Positions 43,190-53,078 of a stretch of DNA of 64,000 nt are shown here, piece after piece; position 1 is the first letter of the stretch; every line of letters starts with the position of its first letter. The stretch covers positions 2,208,001 to 2,272,000 of the forward strand of contig CBDEFM010000002.1 in the NCBI GenBank assembly GCA_965237415.1. The letters are read 5' to 3'. The position numbers were made by a program, and so were the translations under genes. This stretch comes from Alphaproteobacteria bacterium. GTDB lineage: Bacteria > Pseudomonadota > Alphaproteobacteria > UBA828. The notes beneath the pieces are model-generated. The model did not search any database, was not told where the DNA came from, and worked only from the letters and a program-made list of their open reading frames with translations.

Positions 43190-43694
43190 CGGGACGTTGG
43201 TCGCAGGGAGGAGACGTGGGGGATTTGTCGATTCAGTCAAACGTGCGAACATCTGCGCAGTACCGGCGCGGACATCGGATGCCTCCGGCGCAGCGACTCC
43301 TTATATGGGGAGACGCGAATTGGCTCCGACGACGCCAGTGCGCGTGAATGCGCAAGCCAAATACTCGCAGCGTTTCCGCGCCGCTTACGGCCAAAACCGC
43401 TCACGAGCCAGAGCACCGCGTTGTTTGGCAACCACGAAGTCCCCGGCGCCACGTATCGACCGGCCCCGAGAAGCTGCATATCCGCTCACCGTCACGTCCA
43501 TCGCACAAAGAAGACTTGGGGGCTTGGTCGATTCAGTCGAATGTGTCAAGATTTGCGCAGTCGACGCCCGGACATTGGATGCCCCCCAGCCCGGCGTCAC
43601 TTTACATGGGGAGACGCGAATTGGCTCCAACGACAGCAGTACGCGCGCGTGCACAGGCCGAACACGCAAGACGTTTCCCCGCTGCTTACGGCCA
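43190..43694. repeat. two diverged ~190-bp direct repeats with a 300-bp period
   Basis: 43201-43393 vs 43501-43694; shared blocks GTCGATTCAGTC, TGCGCAGT, CGGACAT.GGATGCC, ATGGGGAGACGCGAATTGGCTCC, GCTTACGGCCA. Confidence 0.9.
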
Positions 43695-43847
43695 CCATCG
43701 GTCATGATAACCCATTGAGTCTCATGTACTTTCTCCATACTATGGACAGAGGATTCCAGACATCATTGGCGGCACCACACCTCGGTACGGATGTACGTTA
43801 GGATCGGCTCGCAGTCATGACGTTTTCTTGATTGGAGGAAGCCCATA

Positions 43848-45779
43848 ATGGTCCAACGTAACCAGACAAGTTCCTCATCGAAGAAGCGAGTGAAATCAAC
43901 CACGTCCGCAAGTCCTTTTTCAAAACTAGACCCAACTCTGTTGTTTGCCGCCAGCCATACGAATTCTGAACACACGCATGGGAAAATCGACAAATCGACT
44001 CCGGATGCACACGCTGAAATCTCAAAAGTCGAAATTGGCATTTATTCCTTAGCCGATCGAATGTCAGTGAGAGCAGCAAGTGATTATGTCCAAAGAGACC
44101 TTGTTCCGGTACTGATTGAAGGCAGAAACTGCACCGATATAGAAAAGAAAGTGAAGTCACTCGGTGGGACCGCAATACCGTTGACGTCAACGAAAGCGGC
44201 CGTGAGGATTCCGCGCAACAAGCTAAACGCTCTGGCGCGTCACGCGAGCGTGAGTTATGTAGAAGCCAGCACCCTCCTCAAACCAACATGCGATCTGGCG
44301 CACGAATCGACGGGACTTTTGGGCGACAGCGGGTTCACCGTATCTGAGACTGGTCGCGGAGTCTTGGTTGGTGTCGTCGACACCGGTATCGACGTTGCAC
44401 ACCCAGCTTTCCGAACCAACGGCTCAACACGCATCGTGAACTATCTGGACCAGGACGTGGGCCACGAATTCACAGAAGCCGACATCAATGCCGGAAGAGC
44501 CAATGGTTCGCTGGACGTTTGCGGTCACGGGACTCACGTCGCGGGAATCGCTGCCGGAAATGGCTCTGGATCACCCAACAAGAATTGGCGCGGCGTTGCA
44601 CATGAGGCAGATTTGGCCATTGTCAAGACGACTTTTGACACCGCGGATATCGCCGTTGCAATCAAGCACATTTTCAGTGTCGCTGACAGTCGGAATCAGC
44701 CCTGCGTGGTGAACCTTAGCCTCGGGGGACATTTCGGTGCCCACGATGGCTCTTCAGTTGTCGAGCGCATGATTGACGACCTTTCAGGGGACGGCCGTGT
44801 CGTGGTTGTATCCGCCGGTAACGAAGGTGGTGACGCAATACACGCGAGTACAACGCTACGGAGCCAGCTTGCACCGCCGGATCGATGGGTGGCGGACCTT
44901 AGGATCAATCAGCGCACCTTCCAAACTCGCACTGGCCCAATGAATGCTGGGTTGGTTCGTGTACAGGTGTGGCATCAGCGGGAAGATGCGGTATCGATAT
45001 CCCTACGTTCTCCAACCGGTAGTCGGTTTCAAGCTCCGCCAAACACTAAGAAGGACTTCAATCTCGGAGACATTTTTGTCGAAGCAAGTCATCAACAACA
45101 TCCCTACAGCCAAGATCACTCTACTTCCTTTTTTGTTGTTACCGACCCCAAGCCATCTCTTCTGAAGGGCTGGAGTATCATCGCAGAAGATGATCAAGGA
45201 AGCGGTGGCGTCAAGGCGGGCCGCCTCCATGCATGGATTATGGACACCGCGATGGGACATTTCACAAACGGGTCGGTGGCATCGCATTTGATTGGAATGC
45301 CTGGAACATCGTTTTCTGCGGTGACCGTGGCGGCTTACGCTTCACGACGGGAGTGGCCGAGTCAGGCACCGAATGAGCCCGGTGGAATCTTCCGCGCGTC
45401 CGCAATGAATGTTAGCGACATTTCATATTTCAGCAGCACCGGTCCTACCAGAGACGGCCACAACAAGCCCGAGGTCGCCGGACCAGGTCAGTACCTTCTA
45501 GCCCCACTTTCCAGTAACGCGACAGGGACTCCGGCATACCAGCGCGTTCCAAATCGTCCATACGCCGCAAAGCAAGGAACAAGCATGTCAGCACCATACG
45601 TGGCCGGTGCAGTCGCACTATTGCTGGAAAAGAATGGGAATTTGAACTGGTCGGAAATCAAACGACGCCTTATTAAATCTGCTAGCCAGGATGAGTTTAC
45701 GCAACCTTGCTGGAACCCGCGATGGGGATACGGTCGCTTGAATGTTCAACGCCTCCTAGAAATTGACCCGGGGAGTTAA
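43848..45779 (+). CDS. S8 subtilisin-like serine protease with prodomain and internal insertion (Csp-like), no signal peptide
   Basis: VDTGID, GHGTHVAG, SAGNEG, GTSMSAP triad and oxyanion motifs. Confidence 0.93.
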   Translation: MVQRNQTSSSSKKRVKSTTSASPFSKLDPTLLFAASHTNSEHTHGKIDKSTPDAHAEISKVEIGIYSLADRMSVRAASDYVQRDLVPVLIEGRNCTDIEKKVKSLGGTAIPLTSTKAAVRIPRNKLNALARHASVSYVEASTLLKPTCDLAHESTGLLGDSGFTVSETGRGVLVGVVDTGIDVAHPAFRTNGSTRIVNYLDQDVGHEFTEADINAGRANGSLDVCGHGTHVAGIAAGNGSGSPNKNWRGVAHEADLAIVKTTFDTADIAVAIKHIFSVADSRNQPCVVNLSLGGHFGAHDGSSVVERMIDDLSGDGRVVVVSAGNEGGDAIHASTTLRSQLAPPDRWVADLRINQRTFQTRTGPMNAGLVRVQVWHQREDAVSISLRSPTGSRFQAPPNTKKDFNLGDIFVEASHQQHPYSQDHSTSFFVVTDPKPSLLKGWSIIAEDDQGSGGVKAGRLHAWIMDTAMGHFTNGSVASHLIGMPGTSFSAVTVAAYASRREWPSQAPNEPGGIFRASAMNVSDISYFSSTGPTRDGHNKPEVAGPGQYLLAPLSSNATGTPAYQRVPNRPYAAKQGTSMSAPYVAGAVALLLEKNGNLNWSEIKRRLIKSASQDEFTQPCWNPRWGYGRLNVQRLLEIDPGS

Positions 45780-45782
45780 GCG

Positions 45783-46061
45783 ATGGCTGGAACGTTGCGA
45801 ACATTATTCGATGGGGGCAAGCCGAACACGGAGGATACTCGGGTTGTCAAGGTTCTCGTGTCGCTGAAGTCGCCACCGGACGAAACATGCCTAGCCAGCA
45901 TCGAGATGAGAGGTCTTTACATAAGGTCGATCAACGGAAATAAGTTAATCGGCGAGATCTCTTCGCAGCATATGGCGACGCTTGAAGAACACGATGCGGT
46001 GGTCTATGTGGAGCGCTCGGTAAAGCTGCAGCCGACGGACGTTTCTAAAATGCAAGGATGA
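45783..46061 (+). CDS. 92-aa protein resembling the subtilase propeptide (I9-like inhibitor)
   Basis: LEEHDAVVYVERSVKLQPT vs prodomain LARHASVSYVEASTLLKPT; RBS GGGGAG; 3 nt after the S8 stop. Confidence 0.75.
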   Translation: MAGTLRTLFDGGKPNTEDTRVVKVLVSLKSPPDETCLASIEMRGLYIRSINGNKLIGEISSQHMATLEEHDAVVYVERSVKLQPTDVSKMQG

Positions 46062-46391
46062 CCGGAGCTCGTAGAGAACCCAATGCCTGATTGTGCGCGC
46101 GTGTTCCTCCTCCACAGCGAGAACAGCCACACCACCTAGATCTGGTCCGGCTCCTCGGTGAACATGATCGCTGACTGCGCAAACTCCACCAGACACAAGC
46201 CCGACGAGGTTACTCTCCAGCCGCACTTTGAACGCCTAATGCTCACTTCGTGGGGACTCGGCGGGCATGACAAGTTGGTCGGAATGACGGAGGAAGAGTT
46301 CGTTGGTTCAACACAGAGCCGCCATCGCCATTAGTCCAGCCATTCAACAGCAGGCACATTACGGGACATACTCAAGCCGAGGACATACTCC

Positions 46392-47666
46392 ATGAGCGGT
46401 CTGGCCTATGCACCACCTGCGTTTGTAAATGCCGACGGTCAGCGAGTCATATTTGTTGACTTTGCCCATGCAAAGTACCATCTTGAATTCGACGTCAGAG
46501 CATGCCACGCCTCTGCCTTCTCCCAGATCACCTTTGCTGCGGACGCCGAAGGTCTGCCCGCTATAAGCATTAATCAACCTGTGATCTCCGCGTGTCTCGA
46601 CGGACGTGACGTCAAGTTAATCGATCAATACTCGCCAGATGGCCAGACATCGTTCAAGATTCTGTCTACGCCCGTCTCCCCAGGCATTCACGTGCTTGGC
46701 ATCAAAAGCGAGCTTACAAACGAAGGCCCGTACGGACACCCAATTGCATGGCTGTCCGACCCTGAAGGCATTGATTGCACTTTTCACATGTCTGATCTTC
46801 GTCGGGCGAACGGTGGCTATCTCGAGTCATTTTTGCCATCAAACCATAACTTTGATCATTTTCGAATGTCACTTTCCGTAAGGATCTTCGGCACAAGAGC
46901 AAACTATTCGGTGTTTTCCAATGGCTCCGTTTCCAATCCCTTCCGTGGAAGCTGGCATGTCGAGTTTCCGGCTTTCTTTAGCAGCTCCTGTCCTTGGTTT
47001 CATCTCTGTCCTGCCGAAAAGTATCATGACCACCCGGTGACATTCTCTTCCCCAGAAGGACGCACAATACCCATAACAATTTACACAGAATCAATCGAAC
47101 GATCCAAGGTTGTTTTGCAGGATTTTGCTGACGAAGCTAAGAAGATCCTCTCTGACCTCGAATCGAAGTTCGGCCCCTTTCCACATGACTCACTCGTCAT
47201 CTTCGCGAGACAGGACAAGCAGATCGCTATGGAATACGCTGGCGCCACAGCCACATATCTCGATGCACTTCGCCACGAGCTAGACCACAGCTATTTCGCC
47301 AGGTGCGTTATACCTGCCAACGGAGATGCAGGCTGGATTGACGAAGCTATCGCTAGTTGGGGGGATGAGGGTTATCTTCCGTCAGAAAATCTACCGGATC
47401 GAACAGCTAATCTTGGTGGTCGCTCGCCGTACATCCGGACTACGAGCCGAGATGCATACACGGTTGGACGAGACTTTCTCGCGTATCTGGACCATCTTCT
47501 CCGAGGCCGTGGCGGTCTCAAACCGTTTCTCAAGCAGTACGCATTTCAGAAGCGCCACCAATCAGTCACTACGTCCGAGTTCCAAGAGTTGGTGGAAGAC
47601 TACCATGGTTCTTCTCTTCAACAGCTCTTCGAAACCTATGTCTATACGGAACACACGAGTCCATAG
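46392..47666 (+). CDS. M1-family (gluzincin) zinc metallopeptidase, no signal peptide
   Basis: AMEY, HELDH-X18-E (WIDE), Y-x-x-G; RBS GAGG. Confidence 0.85.
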   Translation: MSGLAYAPPAFVNADGQRVIFVDFAHAKYHLEFDVRACHASAFSQITFAADAEGLPAISINQPVISACLDGRDVKLIDQYSPDGQTSFKILSTPVSPGIHVLGIKSELTNEGPYGHPIAWLSDPEGIDCTFHMSDLRRANGGYLESFLPSNHNFDHFRMSLSVRIFGTRANYSVFSNGSVSNPFRGSWHVEFPAFFSSSCPWFHLCPAEKYHDHPVTFSSPEGRTIPITIYTESIERSKVVLQDFADEAKKILSDLESKFGPFPHDSLVIFARQDKQIAMEYAGATATYLDALRHELDHSYFARCVIPANGDAGWIDEAIASWGDEGYLPSENLPDRTANLGGRSPYIRTTSRDAYTVGRDFLAYLDHLLRGRGGLKPFLKQYAFQKRHQSVTTSEFQELVEDYHGSSLQQLFETYVYTEHTSP

Positions 47667-47776
47667 GGGAGGGATTAGGGTTCTAGTGAAGGGAGGACTT
47701 CGCCACAGATCATCCTCGTCACCTGAATCTGAAGTTCGTTACATAGCGATGTTTCCGTTGCACGATCAAATTTCTT

Positions 47777-48807
47777 CCTAATTACCCTTGAATCTAAGCT
47801 ACACTTAGTATAGAATATCGCCATGTAATTACCTGATAGAAAAGGAAAATTCCATGGCGCGCAACCCGGTACAGTTCCAGAAAGGAATCAGCCTCAACGA
47901 ATTCCTCTCGCTCTACGGCACCGAAGACCAATGCTTTGACGCCCTGTATCAATGGCGATGGCCCAATGGGTTTCTGTGCCCGCACTGTGGCCACGACCGA
48001 TGCTGCCAACTCAACAGCCGCAAGCTCCAACAGTGCAATCGCTGCCACCGCCAGACCTCGATCACCGCAGGAACCATCTTCGACTCCACCAAGCTGCCCC
48101 TGACGGTGTGGTTTCAGGCCATCTACCTCATGACCCAGGACAAGAAAGGGGTCTCGGCGATGAAGCTGCACCGCCATCTGGGTATCTCCTACAACGCCGC
48201 GTGGCGCATCAGACACAAGCTGATGCAGGTGATGATGGAGCGCGACCGCGAGCACCCGCTCAGCGGGTGGATCCAGCTCGACGACGCCTATCTCGGCGGC
48301 GAGCGAAGCGGCGGCAAGCGCGGTCGTGGCGCGCCCGGCAAGACGCCCTTTGTCGCCGCCGTCCAGACCAACGAGCAGGGACACCCGTTGCGCATGAAGC
48401 TCACCGTCGTGGAGGGCTTCCGTCTCACCGAAATCGCCGCCTGGGCGCAGCTCCACCTCGGTACAGGCACTCGGGTCGTCTCCGATGGGTTGGCCTGCTT
48501 TCATGGCGTCACCGCGGCGGGCTGCGTTCATGACCCGGTGGTGGTGGGCAGCGGGAAAGCCGCTGTTGAGCGCCCCGAGTTTCGATGGGTGAATACGATT
48601 CTCGGCAACATCAAGAACGCCTTGCGCGGCACCTACCATGCGATTCGTCCCAAGTATGCTCAGCGATATCTCTCGGAGTTCGAGTATCGTTTCAATCGTC
48701 GCTTCGACTTGCCTGACATCATCCCGAGACTTGTCTACGTGGCGCTCAGGACACCGCCGATGCCGGAACGGCTACTCAAGTTACGCTTAGCTTGAGTGGT
48801 AATTAGG
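47777..48807 (+). mobile_element. IS1595 family element, intact with 8-bp target duplication
   Basis: IR CCTAATTACC / GGTAATTAGG; TSD AATTTCTT at 47769-47776 and 48808-48815. Confidence 0.95.
47854..48795 (+). CDS. IS1595 family transposase
   Basis: CPHC...CNRC zinc ribbon, QLDDAYLGG, SDG, EFEYRFNRR. Confidence 0.95.
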   Translation: MARNPVQFQKGISLNEFLSLYGTEDQCFDALYQWRWPNGFLCPHCGHDRCCQLNSRKLQQCNRCHRQTSITAGTIFDSTKLPLTVWFQAIYLMTQDKKGVSAMKLHRHLGISYNAAWRIRHKLMQVMMERDREHPLSGWIQLDDAYLGGERSGGKRGRGAPGKTPFVAAVQTNEQGHPLRMKLTVVEGFRLTEIAAWAQLHLGTGTRVVSDGLACFHGVTAAGCVHDPVVVGSGKAAVERPEFRWVNTILGNIKNALRGTYHAIRPKYAQRYLSEFEYRFNRRFDLPDIIPRLVYVALRTPPMPERLLKLRLA

Positions 48808-48984
48808 AATTTCTTTACAATGGAGCGACTTAGTGAGGCGACACTGCTAACCAATAACGAATTCTACTTCAGTGTCAGGAGACTAGGGCCGCGACGACAA
48901 AAGTCGGGTCGCTTCCGGTTCGCTGTCGCACACAATCTCGTTTCATAAGCTAAGCACGGACCAATGCGATGCCGGAGGATGGGT

Positions 48985-50115
48985 TGTCAAGGGCGGAGAG
49001 AAACCAGACCAAAGGGCGGAGCAAAACACTGCCACCGCAGCCGTGGGGGTGAGGTGGTCCGAGGGGGTCGGGATTCGGCTTGGGGCGGCGGGAGCCGGAA
49101 ACGCAGGGAGGGCGTAGCCCGACCGGAGTTTCCGGCTGACGACGGTATGGTGATCAGCCCGCGGGGGCCATTTTCCGCGCGCGGCTGTGGTTGAGGCGGA
49201 AGCTTTCCCCGTTCATTTCGAGGATATGGACATGATGGGTAAGGCGGTCGAGCAGCGCCCCGGTCAGGCGCTCCGAGCCGAACGTCTCGGTCCATTCGTC
49301 GAAGGGAAGATTCGAGGTGATGAGGACCGCCGCGCGCTCGTAGCGTTGCGAGACGAGTTCGAACAGCAGCTCCGCCCCGGTCTTCGATAACGGGACGAAC
49401 CCCAGCTCGTCGATGATGAGCAGCTTGTGGTTGGCGAGCTGTTTCTGCAGTCGCAACACCCGTCGTTCGTCGCGCGCCTCCATGAGCTCGTGCACGAGCG
49501 CCGCGGCGGTGACGAAGCGTACTGACATTCCTTGCTGGCATGCGGCCAATCCCAGCCCTTGGGCCACGTGACTCTTCCCCGTCCCGCTCGGCCCCAGAGC
49601 GATCACGTTCTCGCGACGCTCGATCCATTCGCACCGGGCGAGTTCCAGGACCTGGGTGTTGTTCACCGAAGGGATGGCCTTGAACTCGAAGCTGTCGAGG
49701 CTCTTGACGGTGGGGAACTTCGCCGCCTTGATGCGCCGCTCGACCAGGCGCCGTTCACGGTCGATGAGCTCGAGCTCGACCAGGCGCGAGAGGAACTGGA
49801 CGTGGTCCAGGCCCTCTTGCGCCGACTGGCGCGCCACCTTCTCGTACTCGCGAAGGAACGTCGGGAGCTTGAGCATCTTGAGCCGATGTTCGAGCAGGAT
49901 CCGGGGCGGCTCGCTCATCACGCACCTCCGGACATCAAGCACAGGTAGCTCGCGGCGGAGGTCTTGGCGACGTTAGCCTTGGGAAGGTACGGATAGACGT
50001 CGAGGTCGAGCCGGGGCGGGCGCTTCTCGACCCGGCACAGGACCAGGTGCTTGACCGCATCGAAGCCAATGGCGCCCAAACGAAGGGCGTGCTTGACGGC
50101 CGCGTGCACGTCGTC
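48985..50115 (-). mobile_element. IS21 family element, right part (IR end, istB and 3' tip of istA)
   Basis: TGTCAAGGGCGGAG...AAGGGCGGAG repeated end at 48985; IstA C-terminus GAIGFDAVKHLVLCRVEKRPPRLDL. Confidence 0.85.
49154..49918 (-). CDS. istB: IS21 helper ATPase IstB
   Basis: GPSGTGKSH, LLIIDELG, TSN, LDRLTHH. Confidence 0.96.
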   Translation of the reverse strand: MSEPPRILLEHRLKMLKLPTFLREYEKVARQSAQEGLDHVQFLSRLVELELIDRERRLVERRIKAAKFPTVKSLDSFEFKAIPSVNNTQVLELARCEWIERRENVIALGPSGTGKSHVAQGLGLAACQQGMSVRFVTAAALVHELMEARDERRVLRLQKQLANHKLLIIDELGFVPLSKTGAELLFELVSQRYERAAVLITSNLPFDEWTETFGSERLTGALLDRLTHHVHILEMNGESFRLNHSRARKMAPAG

Positions 50116-51621
50116 CATCCGGCTCCTCCCTTGGGTTCCGCCCCGCATAGCGCTGACGGCAAATCGTTGGTCCGGCCACGGGTGTCGGATTTCCAGCCTG
50201 GGCCAATAGGTCTTGGTCAGTGCCGTGATATCGGCCCATGTCGTGCGGTCCTTCTGCGACCGTAGGCGTAGCGTGCGCAGCCACAGACGCTTCAGGCGGC
50301 TCGCAAAACGGTCGAGGTATCGGTAGCTGTTCGGGACTGCGTAGAAGTTGAGCCATCCGTCGAGCACCTTCCCCAGCCATCTTGCCGTCGCTTTGGACTT
50401 GCAGTGCATCCGCCAGCGTAGCGCCTCCTTGATCCGCTTCAGTGTCCGGCTCATCCGGCTCGCGACCGGTTTGCGCCCCAACTGGAATCTCCCTCGTCTG
50501 TCCTTCGCGCAGTAGTGCGTGAAGCCCAGAAAGTCGAAGGTCTCCGGTCTGCCCTGCCCTCGTTGCCGACGGTCTTTCAGGGCAAACCGCCCGAACTCGA
50601 TGAGCCGGGTCTTGTCGGGGTGTATGTCCAGCTCGAACCTTCCGAACCGCTCCTTTACGGCGTTCAGGAAGCGCTCCGCGTCCCGCTTGTGCTGAAAACC
50701 CACCACGAAATCATCGGCGTACCGCGCGATGATTGCGTCGCCTTCGACCTCGTGGCTGCGCCACTTCTTCTGGAACCACAAGTCAAGGACATAGTGCAGG
50801 TAGATGTTCGCGAGAATCGGTGAAGCCACCGACCCTTGCGGCGTCCCCCGCAGGTTGTCCCTCCACTCTCCAGCTTCCATGACGCCGGCGTTCAACCATT
50901 TGATGATGAGCCTGATAACCCGCTTGTCCCCTATGCGATGCTCAAGGAACCGGACCAGCCAGCCCCTCGACACGCTGTCGAAGAACGCGCGGATGTCACA
51001 GTCCACCACCCAGTTGATCTTGCGCCGCTTGATGCCGACCGCGAGGGCATCGAGCGCATCATGCGCACCCCGCCCGGGCCGGAACCCGTAGCTGAACCCC
51101 AGGAACTCCGCCTCGTAAATCGGCGTCAGGATTATCTCCGTCACCGCCTTCTGGACTATCTTGTCCTCTATGGCCGCGACGCCGAGCGGTCGTGTGCCGC
51201 CATCCGGCTTCGGGATGTTCACCCGCCGTGATGGCGTCGCCCGGTACGCTCCCGAGTGCACGCGGTCGTGAAGGTCGGCCAAACGGCCTTCCAGCCCTTC
51301 CTCGTACATCCGCCACGTCATGCCATCCGCGCCTGCCGCCACGTCCCTCTTCAACGCGAAGAACGCCCAGCGTAGCGCTTCGACCGTGACATGGTGGAGA
51401 AGCGCCGTCAGACGCTCCCGTGGCTCCCGTTGTACAAATTGCCGTATCCGGTCAGCCGCCTGTGTCACGCTTTCCCGGTGCTGCGCCCGGCGCGTGCTTT
51501 GGCTTTCCAGATTCCCCTTGGGCTCGGTCCTTGGCTCCATCGGCTCCGCCGGGACTGGCGTCCCTTTGTTCGCCGACTTCACGGCTACTATGACCGAGTC
51601 AGACTTCTCCATGCCGTTCAT
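49918..51621 (-). CDS. ltrA: group II intron reverse transcriptase/maturase (no En domain) fused in-frame to an IstA C-terminal tip
   Basis: IPKPDGGTRPLG, SYGFRPGR, GTPQG, YADD, FDFLGF, HPWP; after TQGRSRM reads into IstA. Confidence 0.9.
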   Translation of the reverse strand: MNGMEKSDSVIVAVKSANKGTPVPAEPMEPRTEPKGNLESQSTRRAQHRESVTQAADRIRQFVQREPRERLTALLHHVTVEALRWAFFALKRDVAAGADGMTWRMYEEGLEGRLADLHDRVHSGAYRATPSRRVNIPKPDGGTRPLGVAAIEDKIVQKAVTEIILTPIYEAEFLGFSYGFRPGRGAHDALDALAVGIKRRKINWVVDCDIRAFFDSVSRGWLVRFLEHRIGDKRVIRLIIKWLNAGVMEAGEWRDNLRGTPQGSVASPILANIYLHYVLDLWFQKKWRSHEVEGDAIIARYADDFVVGFQHKRDAERFLNAVKERFGRFELDIHPDKTRLIEFGRFALKDRRQRGQGRPETFDFLGFTHYCAKDRRGRFQLGRKPVASRMSRTLKRIKEALRWRMHCKSKATARWLGKVLDGWLNFYAVPNSYRYLDRFASRLKRLWLRTLRLRSQKDRTTWADITALTKTYWPRLEIRHPWPDQRFAVSAMRGGTQGRSRMDDVHAAVKHALRLGAIGFDAVKHLVLCRVEKRPPRLDLDVYPYLPKANVAKTSAASYLCLMSGGA

Positions 51622-51979
51622 CTTCGGTTACGGATTTCTCCTTTCCTCAGCGATCCCGCCACAACAGCGGGATGGCATGGAGACCTCCCAGGTCCCGGTG
51701 CAGTGCATACGTACGTGCATGGGTTCTCAGACACCGCGGGATTCTGACCCCCCTCGCCATATCGGTGGGCCTGATGCTACCTTCGGCCTATGAAAAAGCC
51801 TCGGCATCCCGGATGAATCTCTTTCGGTGCTCAATAGCCCTGCCCACACGCGCCCCTGTCAACGCTTAACCCCTATCCTCGCAGATGGCGGCCCATGACT
51901 CGGGGTGGAAGTGGTGGCTTGCCTTCTCCTTCCCGCCGGACTTTCACCGGCTGCACTGGCACCAGTTAGCCTGGCGCTC
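50116..51979 (-). mobile_element. group II intron (bacterial class E-like), 3'-truncated in domain V
   Basis: Probable 5' end GAGCGCCAGG at 51979; domain V stub GAGCCGGATG at 50125-50116; domain VI absent. Confidence 0.75.
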
Positions 51980-52728
51980 TCCACATCGATCCCTCGCGCT
52001 CAGCCGAGGTCGCGAAGGCCCTGTTCGGCGGCGTCATCGGTGTCGTGTTCCTGGTCTGCGACCGCCTCTCGACCTACAAGAGGCTGGCCCGAGAGCTCGA
52101 CGGCAAGGTGATCCTCCAGTGGTGTTGGGCGCACCAGCGCAGATCGTTTATCGACTGTGCCGCCGGCCACGTGCGGCTCACCCGCTGGTGCCAGGGATGG
52201 ATCGAGCGGATCGCAGCGATCTACCGGCTGAACGATGCGCGGCTGGAGCATTACGACCCCGCTCTCGAACGCCAGACACCAGAGTTCGACGCGGCGCAGG
52301 GCGAGCTGAACAAGGCGGTCGACGACCTGTTCGCGGACACCGAAGCGGAACTGGCCGGCCTGTCGGCCAAGGCGCTCAGGGCCAAGCCGCTGCGCTCGCT
52401 GCTCAACCACCGCGAGGGGCTGAGCGTCTTCGTCGATCACCCGCAGGTGCCGCCCGATAACAACCGCGCCGAGCTTGCCCTCAGGAGTGCGGTCATAGGA
52501 CGACAGCTCTCGTTCGGTTCCGACAGCGAGACCGGCGCCAGGTTCACGGCCATGATGTACTCGGTGGCGGGCACGCTCGCCATGAACGGCATCGATGTTC
52601 GGCGCTGGCTCGAGGAATGGCTGTCAGCGTGCGCGAAAAATGGCGGAAAACCGCCGGACGACCTGTCGCCCTGGCTGCCATGGTCGATGAGCGAGGGCCG
52701 CAGGCGTGCTCTCGCGGCGCCGGGATGA
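51980..52728 (+). pseudogene. IS66 family transposase, 3' fragment
   Basis: HIDPSRS, VCDR, CWAHQRRSF, PPDNNRAE.ALR. Confidence 0.85.
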
Positions 52729-53078
52729 CCGGCGAGATCGAGTGCCGCTATTACGGGCGCGAGTTCACCGCCGAAGAGATGGCGCTTCTGCGCGTCCTGG
52801 TGGCCGGTCCCGCGCGGCTCACCCGCCATGCCCTGTCGAAGGAGTTTTGCCGGCACATCGGCTGGTTCAGGCCCGACGGCGGGCTCAAGGACATGATGGC
52901 CAGGGTCACCATGCTGGCCATGCACAGGGACGGCCTGATCACCCTGCCGCCGCCCAGGTGGCAGCAGGGCCAGCAAAAGCCGATTGTCTTCGGGCCTGAC
53001 ACCGAAACGCCGCTGTTCCCGGCGCCGACAACCCTCGACGAAGTCCGCCCGCTCGAACTGCGCACCGTCGTGCGCGGC
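52725..53078 (+). pseudogene. DUF4338 (DruA-like) gene N-terminal fragment
   Basis: RYYGREFT...LSKEFC...W.RPDG.LKDMMAR...GLITLPPP. Confidence 0.6.

Noticed and set aside
43300-43312. CCCCATNTA on the minus strand of each repeat as a sigma32 -10 box
   Set aside because: No CTTGAA -35 at the proper spacing
43190-43694. Repeat as a CRISPR array or integron attC sites
   Set aside because: Only two long diverged units, no short repeat/spacer periodicity, no cas or intI, no RYYYAAC/GTTRRRY boxes
49918-51621. RT as a retron, DGR or defence RT
   Set aside because: Clear group II intron maturase with flanking intron RNA; no msr/msd or TR/VR pair seen
52725-53078. Druantia defence system
   Set aside because: Only an IS66-linked N-terminal DUF4338 fragment; no DruE helicase
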